A stretch of DNA of 64,000 nucleotides from Taibaiella sp. (lineage in GTDB: Bacteria; Bacteroidota; Bacteroidia; Chitinophagales; Chitinophagaceae), in contig JAIOYR010000004.1 of assembly GCA_021740995.1 (NCBI GenBank), forward strand, positions 14,495 to 78,494, written 5' to 3'. The notes under the pieces were generated by a model. The model did not search any database. It was not told the origin of the DNA and worked only from the letters and a program-made list of their open reading frames with translations. The position numbers were made by a program, and so were the translations under genes. Of the stretch, positions 1-8,978 are shown piece after piece. Position 1 is the first letter of the stretch, and each line of letters opens with the position of its first letter.

Positions 1-1
1 C

Positions 2-73
2 GAACCAAAAATCGAAGTTGACGAAGTACGCAACGAGCCTGCTGCCGGCGACGACAGCGACTTGTCTCTGTAA
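2..73 (+). CDS. 3' end of a gene entering from the left edge (…EPKIEVDEVRNEPAAGDDSDLSL*), product unknown
   Basis: Open frame from base 2 to TAA at 71-73, followed by a terminator hairpin. Confidence 0.6.
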   Translation, partial: EPKIEVDEVRNEPAAGDDSDLSL

Positions 74-100
74 TATTTAGTTTTTGATCCTTTTATTCGC

Positions 101-122
101 AACCCGCCTCTATTGGCGGGTT
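101..122 (+). terminator. Intrinsic terminator hairpin
   Basis: aacccgcc-tctatt-ggcgggtt inverted repeat downstream of the partial CDS. Confidence 0.65.
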
Positions 123-205
123 GCTTGTTATTAAGATATTTTATTATTTTAGGCATACGCCACCTATACGCCATCATTTATATATTTGTATTCGGGTACT
201 TTACC

Positions 206-213
206 TAATTTTG
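206..213 (+). promoter_or_regulatory. Bacteroidota sigma-A -7 element for thyA
   Basis: TAATTTTG matches TAnnTTTG, 7 bp before the ATG. Confidence 0.55.
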
Positions 214-220
214 CAACGCT

Positions 221-1015
221 ATGCAGGGATATTTAGATTTACTCCAACACATTATAGATACCGGTGCCACCAAGAGCGACCGCACTGGCACAGGTACTAT
301 TAGTTGTTTTGGTTACCAGCTTCGCTTCGACCTCAGCAAGGGTTTCCCAATGGTCACCACTAAGAAGCTGCACCTGAAGTCTATAATCTATGAGCTGTTG
401 TGGTTTCTGAAAGGCGATACCAATATAGCTTACCTGAAAGAGCACGGCGTAAGCATCTGGGACGAATGGGCCGACAAAGATGGCAACCTCGGCCCCATAT
501 ATGGCCAGCAGTGGCGCAGCTGGACGGGCGCCGACGGCAAAACCTATGACCAGATAAAAGATGTACTACACCAGCTGAAAACTAACCCCGATAGCCGCCG
601 CATGATAGTAAATGCCTGGAACGTAGCCGACCTGCCGCGTATGGGGCTTAGTCCTTGTCATGCATTGTTTCAGTTTTATGTAGCCAATGGCAAGCTGTCC
701 TGCCAGCTATACCAGCGCAGTGCCGATGTATTTTTGGGTGTGCCGTTCAACATTGCATCTTATGCGCTCCTCACACTGATGATAGCTCAGGTATGTGGTC
801 TGGAGCCCGGCGAGTTTGTACACACCTTTGGCGATGTGCATCTGTATAGCAACCATGTAGAACAGGCAAAGCTGCAACTGACCCGCACCCCATTCCCCCT
901 ACCCACCATGAAGCTAAACCCTGATGTGAAGGACCTCTTTGCGTTCACCTACGAAGATTTCACGCTCGAAAACTATCAGTCTCACCCGGCCATAAAAGCA
1001 CCGGTAGCAGTATAG
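221..1015 (+). CDS. thyA: Thymidylate synthase
   Basis: [18 protein letters not shown], catalytic [18 protein letters not shown]-terminal IKAPVAV. Confidence 0.98.
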   Translation: MQGYLDLLQHIIDTGATKSDRTGTGTISCFGYQLRFDLSKGFPMVTTKKLHLKSIIYELLWFLKGDTNIAYLKEHGVSIWDEWADKDGNLGPIYGQQWRSWTGADGKTYDQIKDVLHQLKTNPDSRRMIVNAWNVADLPRMGLSPCHALFQFYVANGKLSCQLYQRSADVFLGVPFNIASYALLTLMIAQVCGLEPGEFVHTFGDVHLYSNHVEQAKLQLTRTPFPLPTMKLNPDVKDLFAFTYEDFTLENYQSHPAIKAPVAV

Positions 1016-1025
1016 CACTCTGAAT

Positions 1026-1093
1026 CACGCAAAAAGTTTCACGCGAAGGCACAAAGAATCATAGCCTGTAAAATGCACGCAAAGGTCGCAAAG
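1026..1093. repeat. Cluster of CACGCAAAG-nn-CGCAAAG-type intergenic repeats
   Basis: cacgcaaaaag, cacgcgaaggcacaaag and cacgcaaaggtcgcaaag; same family at 49612-49666 and, reversed, at 23945-24150. Confidence 0.7.
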
Positions 1094-1133
1094 CACCCAA
1101 TTTGCGAACCTGCTTGAGATTCCTTCCATACTA

Positions 1134-2609
1134 TTACTCAGGGCTGAGGGCTGCCAGGTTATTCTGTTCCAGTTGTGCCTGCTCATCCTTGCTTTTCTTG
1201 TCCAGAATAATGAGTAATGCCAGCGGGATATAAAACAAGGCTGCTACTTTATGGGTCTCTATAAGCTCTGAGAAGAAATTGTTGATAAAGCCTACCGCTA
1301 TGGCCATCGCCAGCCCCATGGTGCAGCAGCGGTAAAACTTGTCTTTGAACCTATGGTAAATTTTCTGAGCCTTGTGAAACACCATCACCATAAACACTGC
1401 ATAGAGTATCATAGCTGGCCAGCCCTGCTCTACCAGCATATACAGGAAGTAGTTGTGGGTGGTAGACTGCTCCGTATTGCGGCTCACATAGGTGCGGAAG
1501 GACGTAACCGTATGGGGCTTGTAGTAGTAGTAGAATGTGCGTGGGCCAAAGCCGGTAAGGGGTCTTTCCTTGCTCATGCGCACTGCCGCTATCCACCTAT
1601 ATAGCCGCTCCATAGACGACATGTCTGTGCCTCTGAATGTGGCTATGACATGGTCAGCAAAATCGCGGCGCATATAGGTATGCTCAAAGTCGGGGCGAAA
1701 GGAGATGAACTTATTGTTGGGCACCATATAGGCCATCATCAGTATGATGACTGCATAAAAGCCGGGCATCACCAGGTTCACCAGCTTTATTCTCATGGCT
1801 ATACCTATTACTATGCTGAATACAACCGCCACCACGGCGGCGCGGGCATAAGCAAAACCTATACCGGCAATAAATATCAAGATGACTATGGCAAGTGCAC
1901 TCTTTATGAGAATATTCCGCTTCTTTATCAGTGGCCAGCAGCTCACTATTAACAGCGGAAAGAACATGGAAATAACCGTAGAATAGTCTACGTGGTTGTA
2001 GTAAAGCCGGGTGATGGCTCTTTGTATCTTATGAAATGCAAAGCCATAAGTGGCATGGTGAATAAGGATGACGATAATAGTAGCCAGCATGGGCACCAGC
2101 AGCACAAAGAAGCCCCTTACAAAGTCTTTCTTTTCTGTAAACACCCATATAGGGAATACGAAAAAACAAACAAGCAGCCAGGTTTTTACCAGCAGAAACT
2201 TGAATGAAAAGAACAGCATTTTTGAGAATATCACTGCTACTATGGTCCAGAGAAACTGCAGTACCACTATCAGCACCAGCGGGTCGCGCCACCACCACTC
2301 CGGAATGATCTTAGGGTTGCGGGCTATCATGGCCAGAAACAAACCCAGAAACAGCCACATCATAGGCTGATCGGGCAGGGTAATGGACAATGTTTCTCCG
2401 GCTAAGCCAAGCTGTATGGAGGGCGGTATGGTGAACAGGAATATCCAGTAAGCGGTTTTCCAGTTGACCCCCATAAGCACTATATACAGGTATGCAAGCG
2501 GCACCGCCAGTATGTAGTAATTGCCGGTATAGGCAACCAACATAATAGTGAGGAACAACACCGAAAACGATGCTATGGAAAACCACTTGTTTTGTATGTC
2601 GGCAACCAT
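1134..2609 (-). CDS. O-antigen ligase/polymerase (WaaL/Wzy_C) family membrane protein
   Basis: About 12 TM segments, R-x-x-x-W...P-x-x-GFG, HNYFLYMLVEQG motif. Confidence 0.88.
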   Translation of the reverse strand: MVADIQNKWFSIASFSVLFLTIMLVAYTGNYYILAVPLAYLYIVLMGVNWKTAYWIFLFTIPPSIQLGLAGETLSITLPDQPMMWLFLGLFLAMIARNPKIIPEWWWRDPLVLIVVLQFLWTIVAVIFSKMLFFSFKFLLVKTWLLVCFFVFPIWVFTEKKDFVRGFFVLLVPMLATIIVILIHHATYGFAFHKIQRAITRLYYNHVDYSTVISMFFPLLIVSCWPLIKKRNILIKSALAIVILIFIAGIGFAYARAAVVAVVFSIVIGIAMRIKLVNLVMPGFYAVIILMMAYMVPNNKFISFRPDFEHTYMRRDFADHVIATFRGTDMSSMERLYRWIAAVRMSKERPLTGFGPRTFYYYYKPHTVTSFRTYVSRNTEQSTTHNYFLYMLVEQGWPAMILYAVFMVMVFHKAQKIYHRFKDKFYRCCTMGLAMAIAVGFINNFFSELIETHKVAALFYIPLALLIILDKKSKDEQAQLEQNNLAALSPE

Positions 2610-3578
2610 CTATCTTTCTACAGCATTTAACTTGCGGAAATAAGCCATCATCAGCACATAGAGCGTACTGAAGAAGAAGGATAACAATGCTGCTGCTACA
2701 AGGGTAAGCGTAGTGCCCAGCCCAGCAGGCTGCACCGGCGGCAATGCACGGGTTATCACCTTCAGGAAGTCCATAGCACTGTTTGTGGTAGCATGAAACT
2801 CATTGAGGGCAGATATATAGTGTGCCCTGTCGGCCACCAGTTGGTCTTTGATAGATTCTATATTCTGTATTTCCTCTATAGCTCTGCCATAACCCTTGCC
2901 ACCGCCTTTTACCTCACCTACTATTACGTTTTGGCGGGCAGGGCTTATGATAGAGTATATACCGTACTGATCGCGCATATTGGCCAGGGTATCCGTGAGA
3001 GAGTTGATAGAGCTATCCAGCTTTATCACCTGATCGTTGATAGAGGTGTAGATGCCATTCTTGATGTAGGTATAATACTGGCGGTAGGTTTCCTCCAGCA
3101 CCTTTACCGACATATTGGTAACATTGGCGGCAGTAACGGGGTCGTAGGCTACATAAGAAATCTCCACGTCTTTGTACTCAGTACGTTTGATGTTAAAGTT
3201 CTTTTTGAAGATAGACATCAGCTCGGCATAGCCCTTGGGGTCGTTGATGTCTTTTTTGTAGATGGTCTGAAACTGGCAGTTTCTGATTATGCGGTTTCTT
3301 ACGGTGTCTGAGCCGGCCAGTGCCAGTATCTTATCCACATCATCATCGCCGCCAAAATAGTCTACATAGCGGGTATCTACAGCCCTGAAGAGGGTATTGC
3401 GGTCGCCATAGAGGGGGTTATTTACAAAGAAGCGGGCTTCGGCTTTGAATTTCTTTTGTTTTATAGCCAAAAGTGCTCCTGCAAGCACCACACCTGCCAC
3501 TGTAATAATAAGAATGAAGCGTTTTTGTTTCTGGATTGTCCTGATGATGTCAACAAGGTCAAAAGAGATATTAGTCAT
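2610..3578 (-). CDS. Wzz-like polysaccharide chain-length determinant
   Basis: N- and C-terminal TM helices around a coiled-coil periplasmic region; directly upstream of the ligase-like gene. Confidence 0.75.
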   Translation of the reverse strand: MTNISFDLVDIIRTIQKQKRFILIITVAGVVLAGALLAIKQKKFKAEARFFVNNPLYGDRNTLFRAVDTRYVDYFGGDDDVDKILALAGSDTVRNRIIRNCQFQTIYKKDINDPKGYAELMSIFKKNFNIKRTEYKDVEISYVAYDPVTAANVTNMSVKVLEETYRQYYTYIKNGIYTSINDQVIKLDSSINSLTDTLANMRDQYGIYSIISPARQNVIVGEVKGGGKGYGRAIEEIQNIESIKDQLVADRAHYISALNEFHATTNSAMDFLKVITRALPPVQPAGLGTTLTLVAAALLSFFFSTLYVLMMAYFRKLNAVER

Positions 3579-3692
3579 TATAATAGTTATAACTGTTTAG
3601 ACCGCTTAAAGGTAAGTGTATTTTCAAAAAACGGACAAAACATTTTTTTGTTGTATGTTAGGGTGGGTTTGTTTTGGGGTAAATTCAGCTTC

Positions 3693-3735
3693 GTCACCCT
3701 GACTTGCCTGCGGTAGGCAGGTGTCGGCGAGTGCT
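3693..3735. repeat. Short palindrome (TTGCCTGCGGTAGGCAGG) embedded in a GTCACCCTGA-type REP-like sequence
   Basis: Reverse complement of cctgcctaccgcaggcagg at 24122-24140. Confidence 0.6.
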
Positions 3736-3774
3736 CTACAGAAAAAGCGTAGCGGCGTACCGAGGATTGGAATG

Positions 3775-3906
3775 TTTTTGCGCACTTTTTTGCAGAATTT
3801 TTATTTTTCGATTAACTAATTGATTATTAAGTAGTTGAATCTAAAACGGGGGCTGATTTTTGCGCAAAAGTTGCGCACTTTTACTCGCGTGATTTTTGTA
3901 ATATTT
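3775..3906 (-). repeat. Left copy of a ~130-bp repeat module (two AAAAGTGCGCAA motifs around an AT-rich imperfect palindrome)
   Basis: 3857-3906 is 48/50 identical to the reverse complement of 28795-28844. Confidence 0.85.
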
Positions 3907-4292
3907 GTTACCCCAGCCCTAAAGGGAGGTGTTGCGTGAGCGCAGTACTAATGCATAAATGATGTCAAACTGTTTTTTAAATTAAAATTGAGACATTTCA
4001 AACTGTAGCCATTATAGTATTTAGATTTATAATCATAGTTTTTGGCACAAAGGTGCGATATGGTAACGGTTTCGACAAGACGGGAATCTATGATACTACG
4101 CTTTTCGTACTATCATATACAGCTACGTGTATATCATAAAAATTTCTTGCAGCCATGGGCGTGGCTTTGGGCTGATTTTGACTGTGTTTTGAGATTGGTA
4201 ATATGAAATACCTCTCCAGCCACGTTTCGGGGGGGGGGCAACATTACAAGGTGATGAGTGCGCGCCGTAGAACCCCACCCGATAGCCAGCTC

Positions 4293-4540
4293 GTTGTTCC
4301 TGATGTTAGCGCAGCGCATCAGGAACTGCAAATATGGCCCCGTTCTCCGAACGTCTTCATATTGATGAAGCTAAAAGATAGCATTAGCCCCCTGCTTGGT
4401 GTAGCATAAAAACATTGTTTGGCTTATTATTCTCTTTACTATAGCTTTGGTACAACCACTCAGCAGCAGTGCATCAATTCCGTTCGGAGAACGGCTGCTT
4501 ATAGTTAGTTCCTGATGCCCTTCGGAACATCAGGAACAAC
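4293..4540. mobile_element. REPIN/MITE-like element: two ~60-bp inverted arms, each with two hairpins, around a ~127-bp core
   Basis: Left arm 4293-4353 (gttgttcctgatg..catcaggaac..ccgttctccgaacg) is an imperfect reverse complement of right arm 4481-4540. Confidence 0.75.
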
Positions 4541-4655
4541 AGGTGAATGGCGGTGGTAATGGTTTGAACAAAAGAAAAAGTATGACTGACCATCTTTTAA
4601 AAGTGTTTAATTCTAAATATTGTATAAACATGCAAGGTATGCCTAAACCATAAAA

Positions 4656-5222
4656 ATGTTATTCATGAAGCAAAATTCTATTATTCTCTTGTTTTTATTT
4701 TTTAATGGACTGGTTTCTGCACAAAGCGCAAAAAATATAAAAAAATATTTTGATACAGGCTTATACTCTTTGATCGATTCTGTATATTTAATGGACCAGC
4801 ATAGTCGTTTGTATATACTATATGACGAGATGGATGAGTCTATAATTATGCACAAAAAACATGATAGCTTTTTTACGTATGAAGGTTTCTTATCTTGCTA
4901 TACCTGCAAGGGCAGAGGTTCTAAAGGTTCTACATATTCTGGGTACATTAAGAAAGGGAGGTTTGTAGTATTTATTCAGGACTATTTTAGTGGACGAGAT
5001 TCAGTTTTTGTAGATTTCTCAAAATCAAAACCTTCTATTCAAAAAATAATAAGAAGAGCATATTTTAATGAAAAAGTGCAGGGACCGGATGATGCTGGGA
5101 ACTATATATTTTTAGCAAAAAAATATGCACCAATAACTAAATTTCACTTGCCTTTAGACCGGAAAGATCCGCTGGTATTGGAATACTTTAATATTAGGCG
5201 TATCAAATGGAGAAAAATGTAG
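4656..5222 (+). CDS. Hypothetical exported protein, possible orphan immunity protein
   Basis: 188-aa AT-rich ORF with a signal-peptide-like N-terminus and its own terminator, next to a toxin-like gene. Confidence 0.7.
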   Translation: MLFMKQNSIILLFLFFNGLVSAQSAKNIKKYFDTGLYSLIDSVYLMDQHSRLYILYDEMDESIIMHKKHDSFFTYEGFLSCYTCKGRGSKGSTYSGYIKKGRFVVFIQDYFSGRDSVFVDFSKSKPSIQKIIRRAYFNEKVQGPDDAGNYIFLAKKYAPITKFHLPLDRKDPLVLEYFNIRRIKWRKM

Positions 5223-5289
5223 TGTTTAGCGAACCGAATTAAACATTTCTTTAAATAAGATAGCCCCCCAACACCATAAGTACAATGAT

Positions 5290-5332
5290 AATACCCGCCT
5301 TCGCATACAGTGTGCGAGGGCGGGTTATTTTT
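5290..5332 (+). terminator. Intrinsic terminator
   Basis: acccgccttcgca-tacag-tgtgcgagggcgggt followed by tattttt. Confidence 0.75.
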
Positions 5333-5409
5333 ACTCATTCCCACATTACCCACATTACCACATTGACCCTTTACCCAATCACCCTCTTAACATTTTAACA
5401 CCAATAACT

Positions 5410-7185
5410 ATGCCTCGTTTCTCTGCCTTTTGGCTCACACACTACAAAGAGATAGGTAACTGCTGCATGACAGCACCCCTAAAAAAACTAAAAGTACGCA
5501 ACAATGTGAAGGTAGAAGTGCCCGACAAGTTTCAGTCTTTGCAGTTGGTAATAGACTATATAGATACGGGCTGGATGGACCAGAAACAACTAAAATGGAT
5601 AGGCTGGGATATACAGGGCTGGTATGCATGGACCGACCCCAACGGTATGCTGTACCGTATAAAAGACCTGCAGCGCAATGAGGATGGCAGGGAGTATGAA
5701 AAAGAAGTAGAAGAGATAGTAGCCAGCGGCGACCCACGTACCCACCAGGGCAACCCTACGGCAAAGGAGCTATACACCTTTGAGCGGGATATGCAGCGCA
5801 ACTGCGGCTTCTGCCCCGATGGCAGCGGCGGTGGCACCGATGCCGACCATGAAGGCGACAAAGGAAGCGACACTAAGAAAGAAAACATAGCAGATGATAT
5901 AGACCTGGATAAGCTGATGCAGGGCGATATAACAGACTTTATGCCCGGCGATGATGGTTTGAGCTATGTACCTGAAATGCGGGAGTATGCCCCTATAATA
6001 GACACTACCGAGATAACGGAGACGGGACATATCACAGGTAGTATGGATGATTATACGCCTACAGATGATGGGCAATACATTCCGCAAGGGATAGTGGAGG
6101 ACGTAAATGCAGAATATGGTGGTGGCAAAATAACGGAGACAATAACCCCTGTGCCCTACCTGCCACCTGTAGCCATACCGACAGCAGTACCCACACCACA
6201 GCCCACCCCACAAAGAACAACACCGGTGTGGAGAAGCCCGGTAACGGACACCACAACTGTGGCTACGCCAGCCCAAAGCCCTTTTCAGGAAATACTAAAG
6301 GCTCGTGTAAAATTAGTACCTGAATACGAATGGGGTGGCAGTAATTTACCTCGCCCATATAAGCCCGGGGCGGTGGGTGTTTACAATCCTACACCTACAT
6401 TTCCATCTTTACCAAAGCCGGATAAAGAGCCTATAGATTGTGCAACTTTAATACAATATGCAGAAATGGCAGATGACGTATATGGAGAAAAGCACTACCT
6501 ATCAAAAAAATGGAGCGATGCAGCGAATATGATTCCTGAAAGAGTACAAATTATTCTTAGTAAAAATGCTCATACTGGATTATCTGTTAACCTCTATTTT
6601 CGTACCCTCAGTAATGGAGTTAAGGAATTTGTTTTTGTATTTCGAGGCTCTGAACTTGAATTGAATGATTGGTTAAATAATATACAGCAACCATTTGGGA
6701 AAGCAGAACAGTATAGACTTGCCGCAGAAATAGCCCAGATAATGGAGAATAGAATAAAAATCGAAAACGCTCAACTTGTATTTGTAGGTCATTCCCTTGG
6801 AGGTGGCTTGGCCAGCCTTGCAGCCCTTGTTACTGGTAGACCAGCTACTACATTTAATGCTCCTGGATTATCTACCACTACAATAAGAAACAATGGTGCT
6901 TATGGGAAAACGGCGAGAATAGATGCATATGTAGTAGAAGATGAGATTCTAAACTACTATTTAGAGTCTGTTAACTTAGGAGCAACGGCTAACTTAGGAT
7001 CTGGAGTTAAAAAACATGTGTTGTCTCCGAAGAAACCTGATTTGTTTGATAAAATTCCGCCAGTGACCAGCAAGCTACCATCACACCCCGCCATGATAGC
7101 TTTTAAAGGTGCTGGTGGCTATTTGCGATACCGAAAACATAAAATGGAGGAGGTGTTAAAACTCATCAAAGAGAATTGTTTTTAA
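5410..7185 (+). CDS. Modular protein: unknown N-terminal domain, Pro/Thr-rich linker, C-terminal class-3-lipase-like alpha/beta hydrolase (candidate polymorphic toxin)
   Basis: FVFRGSE, GHSLGGGLA nucleophile elbow, TFNAPG, candidate catalytic Asp (VEDE) and His (KHKM); base composition drops near 6400. Confidence 0.8.
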   Translation: MPRFSAFWLTHYKEIGNCCMTAPLKKLKVRNNVKVEVPDKFQSLQLVIDYIDTGWMDQKQLKWIGWDIQGWYAWTDPNGMLYRIKDLQRNEDGREYEKEVEEIVASGDPRTHQGNPTAKELYTFERDMQRNCGFCPDGSGGGTDADHEGDKGSDTKKENIADDIDLDKLMQGDITDFMPGDDGLSYVPEMREYAPIIDTTEITETGHITGSMDDYTPTDDGQYIPQGIVEDVNAEYGGGKITETITPVPYLPPVAIPTAVPTPQPTPQRTTPVWRSPVTDTTTVATPAQSPFQEILKARVKLVPEYEWGGSNLPRPYKPGAVGVYNPTPTFPSLPKPDKEPIDCATLIQYAEMADDVYGEKHYLSKKWSDAANMIPERVQIILSKNAHTGLSVNLYFRTLSNGVKEFVFVFRGSELELNDWLNNIQQPFGKAEQYRLAAEIAQIMENRIKIENAQLVFVGHSLGGGLASLAALVTGRPATTFNAPGLSTTTIRNNGAYGKTARIDAYVVEDEILNYYLESVNLGATANLGSGVKKHVLSPKKPDLFDKIPPVTSKLPSHPAMIAFKGAGGYLRYRKHKMEEVLKLIKENCF

Positions 7186-7225
7186 TAAATAATTTTTAAT
7201 GCATAATTTTGTAAAAAATCAATGA

Positions 7226-8092
7226 ATGAATAGAAAAGCCCACAAATACATTAAGCTATTTTTTGTATTCAATTTACTTTGCTTTTTGATAAGTTGTAGT
7301 TCATACATCGAAGAGGAAAATCCGTCTTATAAAAATGGAGAAAAATATAAAAAATACAACTACACTTTTGCATTTGGAAGGCACAAAGACAAACTGTTAG
7401 GTTATGACATAGAGCTTTATAAAAATACTGATGCGTGGGGCTTGGCAAAAGCTGTTTTTGAACAAGATACAATAAAAATAAGTGATATCTGCAGGAAGAA
7501 AAGACACCTTTTATTTAATAAAGAGAATAAATGGGGAATGACCCTACTAGCTTGGTCGGTATTTAACAACAGATATTTTTCGGCAAAAATACTTTTGGAA
7601 AACGGAGCTGATCCAAATGCCAAAACAAATACAGGTGACACGCCATTTATTGATGCCGCTTCTAAAGAAACAACAAACTATTTGAAATTATTGTTGAAAC
7701 ACGGAGGCAAAGTCAATCATGTTATAATTATTGACACCATTTGCTGTACACCGTTAAAAATAGCAGCCAGCACTAGTTTTCAAAATTCAAAAATTCTTAT
7801 AGATGCCGGTGCGGATGTGAATTTCTCTTGCGATAGCATAAACACAGCTATTTCTTATGCTGCATTTTCAAATAAAATTGAAACCATAGAGTACTTAATC
7901 GAGAAAAATGCGAATTACAAAAATCCAATTTATAAATTCGACGACAAAGTATTCTATTTACTCGATTTTGTGAAAAACATGGAATTCGAAAACGGCAGCA
8001 GGGAGCAAGAAATAAAAAAGAGAGTACTGAAATTCCTGCGTGAGCATGGGGCTGATAGCAGCAACTATGGGGAGCCAATCTTACCGAAATAA
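7226..8092 (+). CDS. Ankyrin-repeat lipoprotein, candidate cognate immunity protein
   Basis: Lipobox LISC; ankyrin motifs GMTLLAWS..LLENGADPN, GDTPFIDAA, TPLKIAA..LIDAGADVN. Confidence 0.85.
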   Translation: MNRKAHKYIKLFFVFNLLCFLISCSSYIEEENPSYKNGEKYKKYNYTFAFGRHKDKLLGYDIELYKNTDAWGLAKAVFEQDTIKISDICRKKRHLLFNKENKWGMTLLAWSVFNNRYFSAKILLENGADPNAKTNTGDTPFIDAASKETTNYLKLLLKHGGKVNHVIIIDTICCTPLKIAASTSFQNSKILIDAGADVNFSCDSINTAISYAAFSNKIETIEYLIEKNANYKNPIYKFDDKVFYLLDFVKNMEFENGSREQEIKKRVLKFLREHGADSSNYGEPILPK

Positions 8093-8240
8093 AGAAATAG
8101 AATAAAGTATGAGTAAAGATCTTCTCTCGTAGCCGGATTTCCTTTTTCGAGGACATTTAGTTGCTAAACTTATTCAGCTTTCGTACCTTAATGTCGACAG
8201 GCACGGCAGAAAAAGCCGGAGACCCGGCTAGCTCGGATAT

Positions 8241-8978
8241 TCAAGTCAGGCAATTTTCATTGGCATCAAATATTCTTATTCGGTACCCTGACCCATAGAG
8301 GTTTTCTATTCCCAGTGATGGTTCATCTTTCAGTAGCTTACGGATACGGGTGATATACACATCCATACTCTTTGCCGAAAAATAATCATCGTTGCCCCAC
8401 ACTTGTTTTAGCATATCGCTCCTGCTCACATATTTTCCGGCATGGTGCATCAGTTTAGACAATACATCGGCTTCGCGCCGGCTCAGTTTTTTTTCCAAGC
8501 CATTGATGTACAATGTCCGGTTTTGGGTGTTCAACACAGTATTGCCCAGCATTATAGGGTCGGTTTCACTGGTTTGCACAAGGATGTTGCTGCGCTTGAG
8601 TATGACCATTATGCGATAATATAATTCCTTGAAGCTGAAGGGCTTGGTTACATAATCATCTGCGCCTGTTTCAAAACCTCCTATCCTGTCGGCTTCCTGC
8701 ATTCTGGCTGATAAATAAATAAACGGGGTGGCAGGATGCAGCGACTTCAATCTGGCGCCCAGCTTTAAACCATCGATTTCAGGCAGCATAATATCGAGGA
8801 TACAGAGGTCGAAGGTGCCGTTCTGTATTGCGTTCATACCTTCTTTGCCGGTTTTGGCCAGTGTTACTTCTACACCCTTTGCCTGCAGGTTTTCAACAAT
8901 CAGGTATCCCAGATTTACATCGTCTTCTACCAGCAGGATATGAATTTTTTCACGAACATTATTTTCCATAATTTCCAT
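8241..8978 (-). CDS. OmpR/PhoB-family response regulator
   Basis: ILLVEDD, LDIMLPEIDG, GADDYVTKPF, winged-helix C-terminus (SMDVYITRIRK, YGSGY). Start may be 8969. Confidence 0.95.
   Translation of the reverse strand: MEIMENNVREKIHILLVEDDVNLGYLIVENLQAKGVEVTLAKTGKEGMNAIQNGTFDLCILDIMLPEIDGLKLGARLKSLHPATPFIYLSARMQEADRIGGFETGADDYVTKPFSFKELYYRIMVILKRSNILVQTSETDPIMLGNTVLNTQNRTLYINGLEKKLSRREADVLSKLMHHAGKYVSRSDMLKQVWGNDDYFSAKSMDVYITRIRKLLKDEPSLGIENLYGSGYRIRIFDANENCLT

Noticed and set aside
4134-4409. Two short overlapping ORFs (65 and 68 aa); FHIT hinted at a RAYT/IS200 N-terminus
   Set aside because: They run through the repeat arms, and there is no HUH or catalytic Tyr motif.
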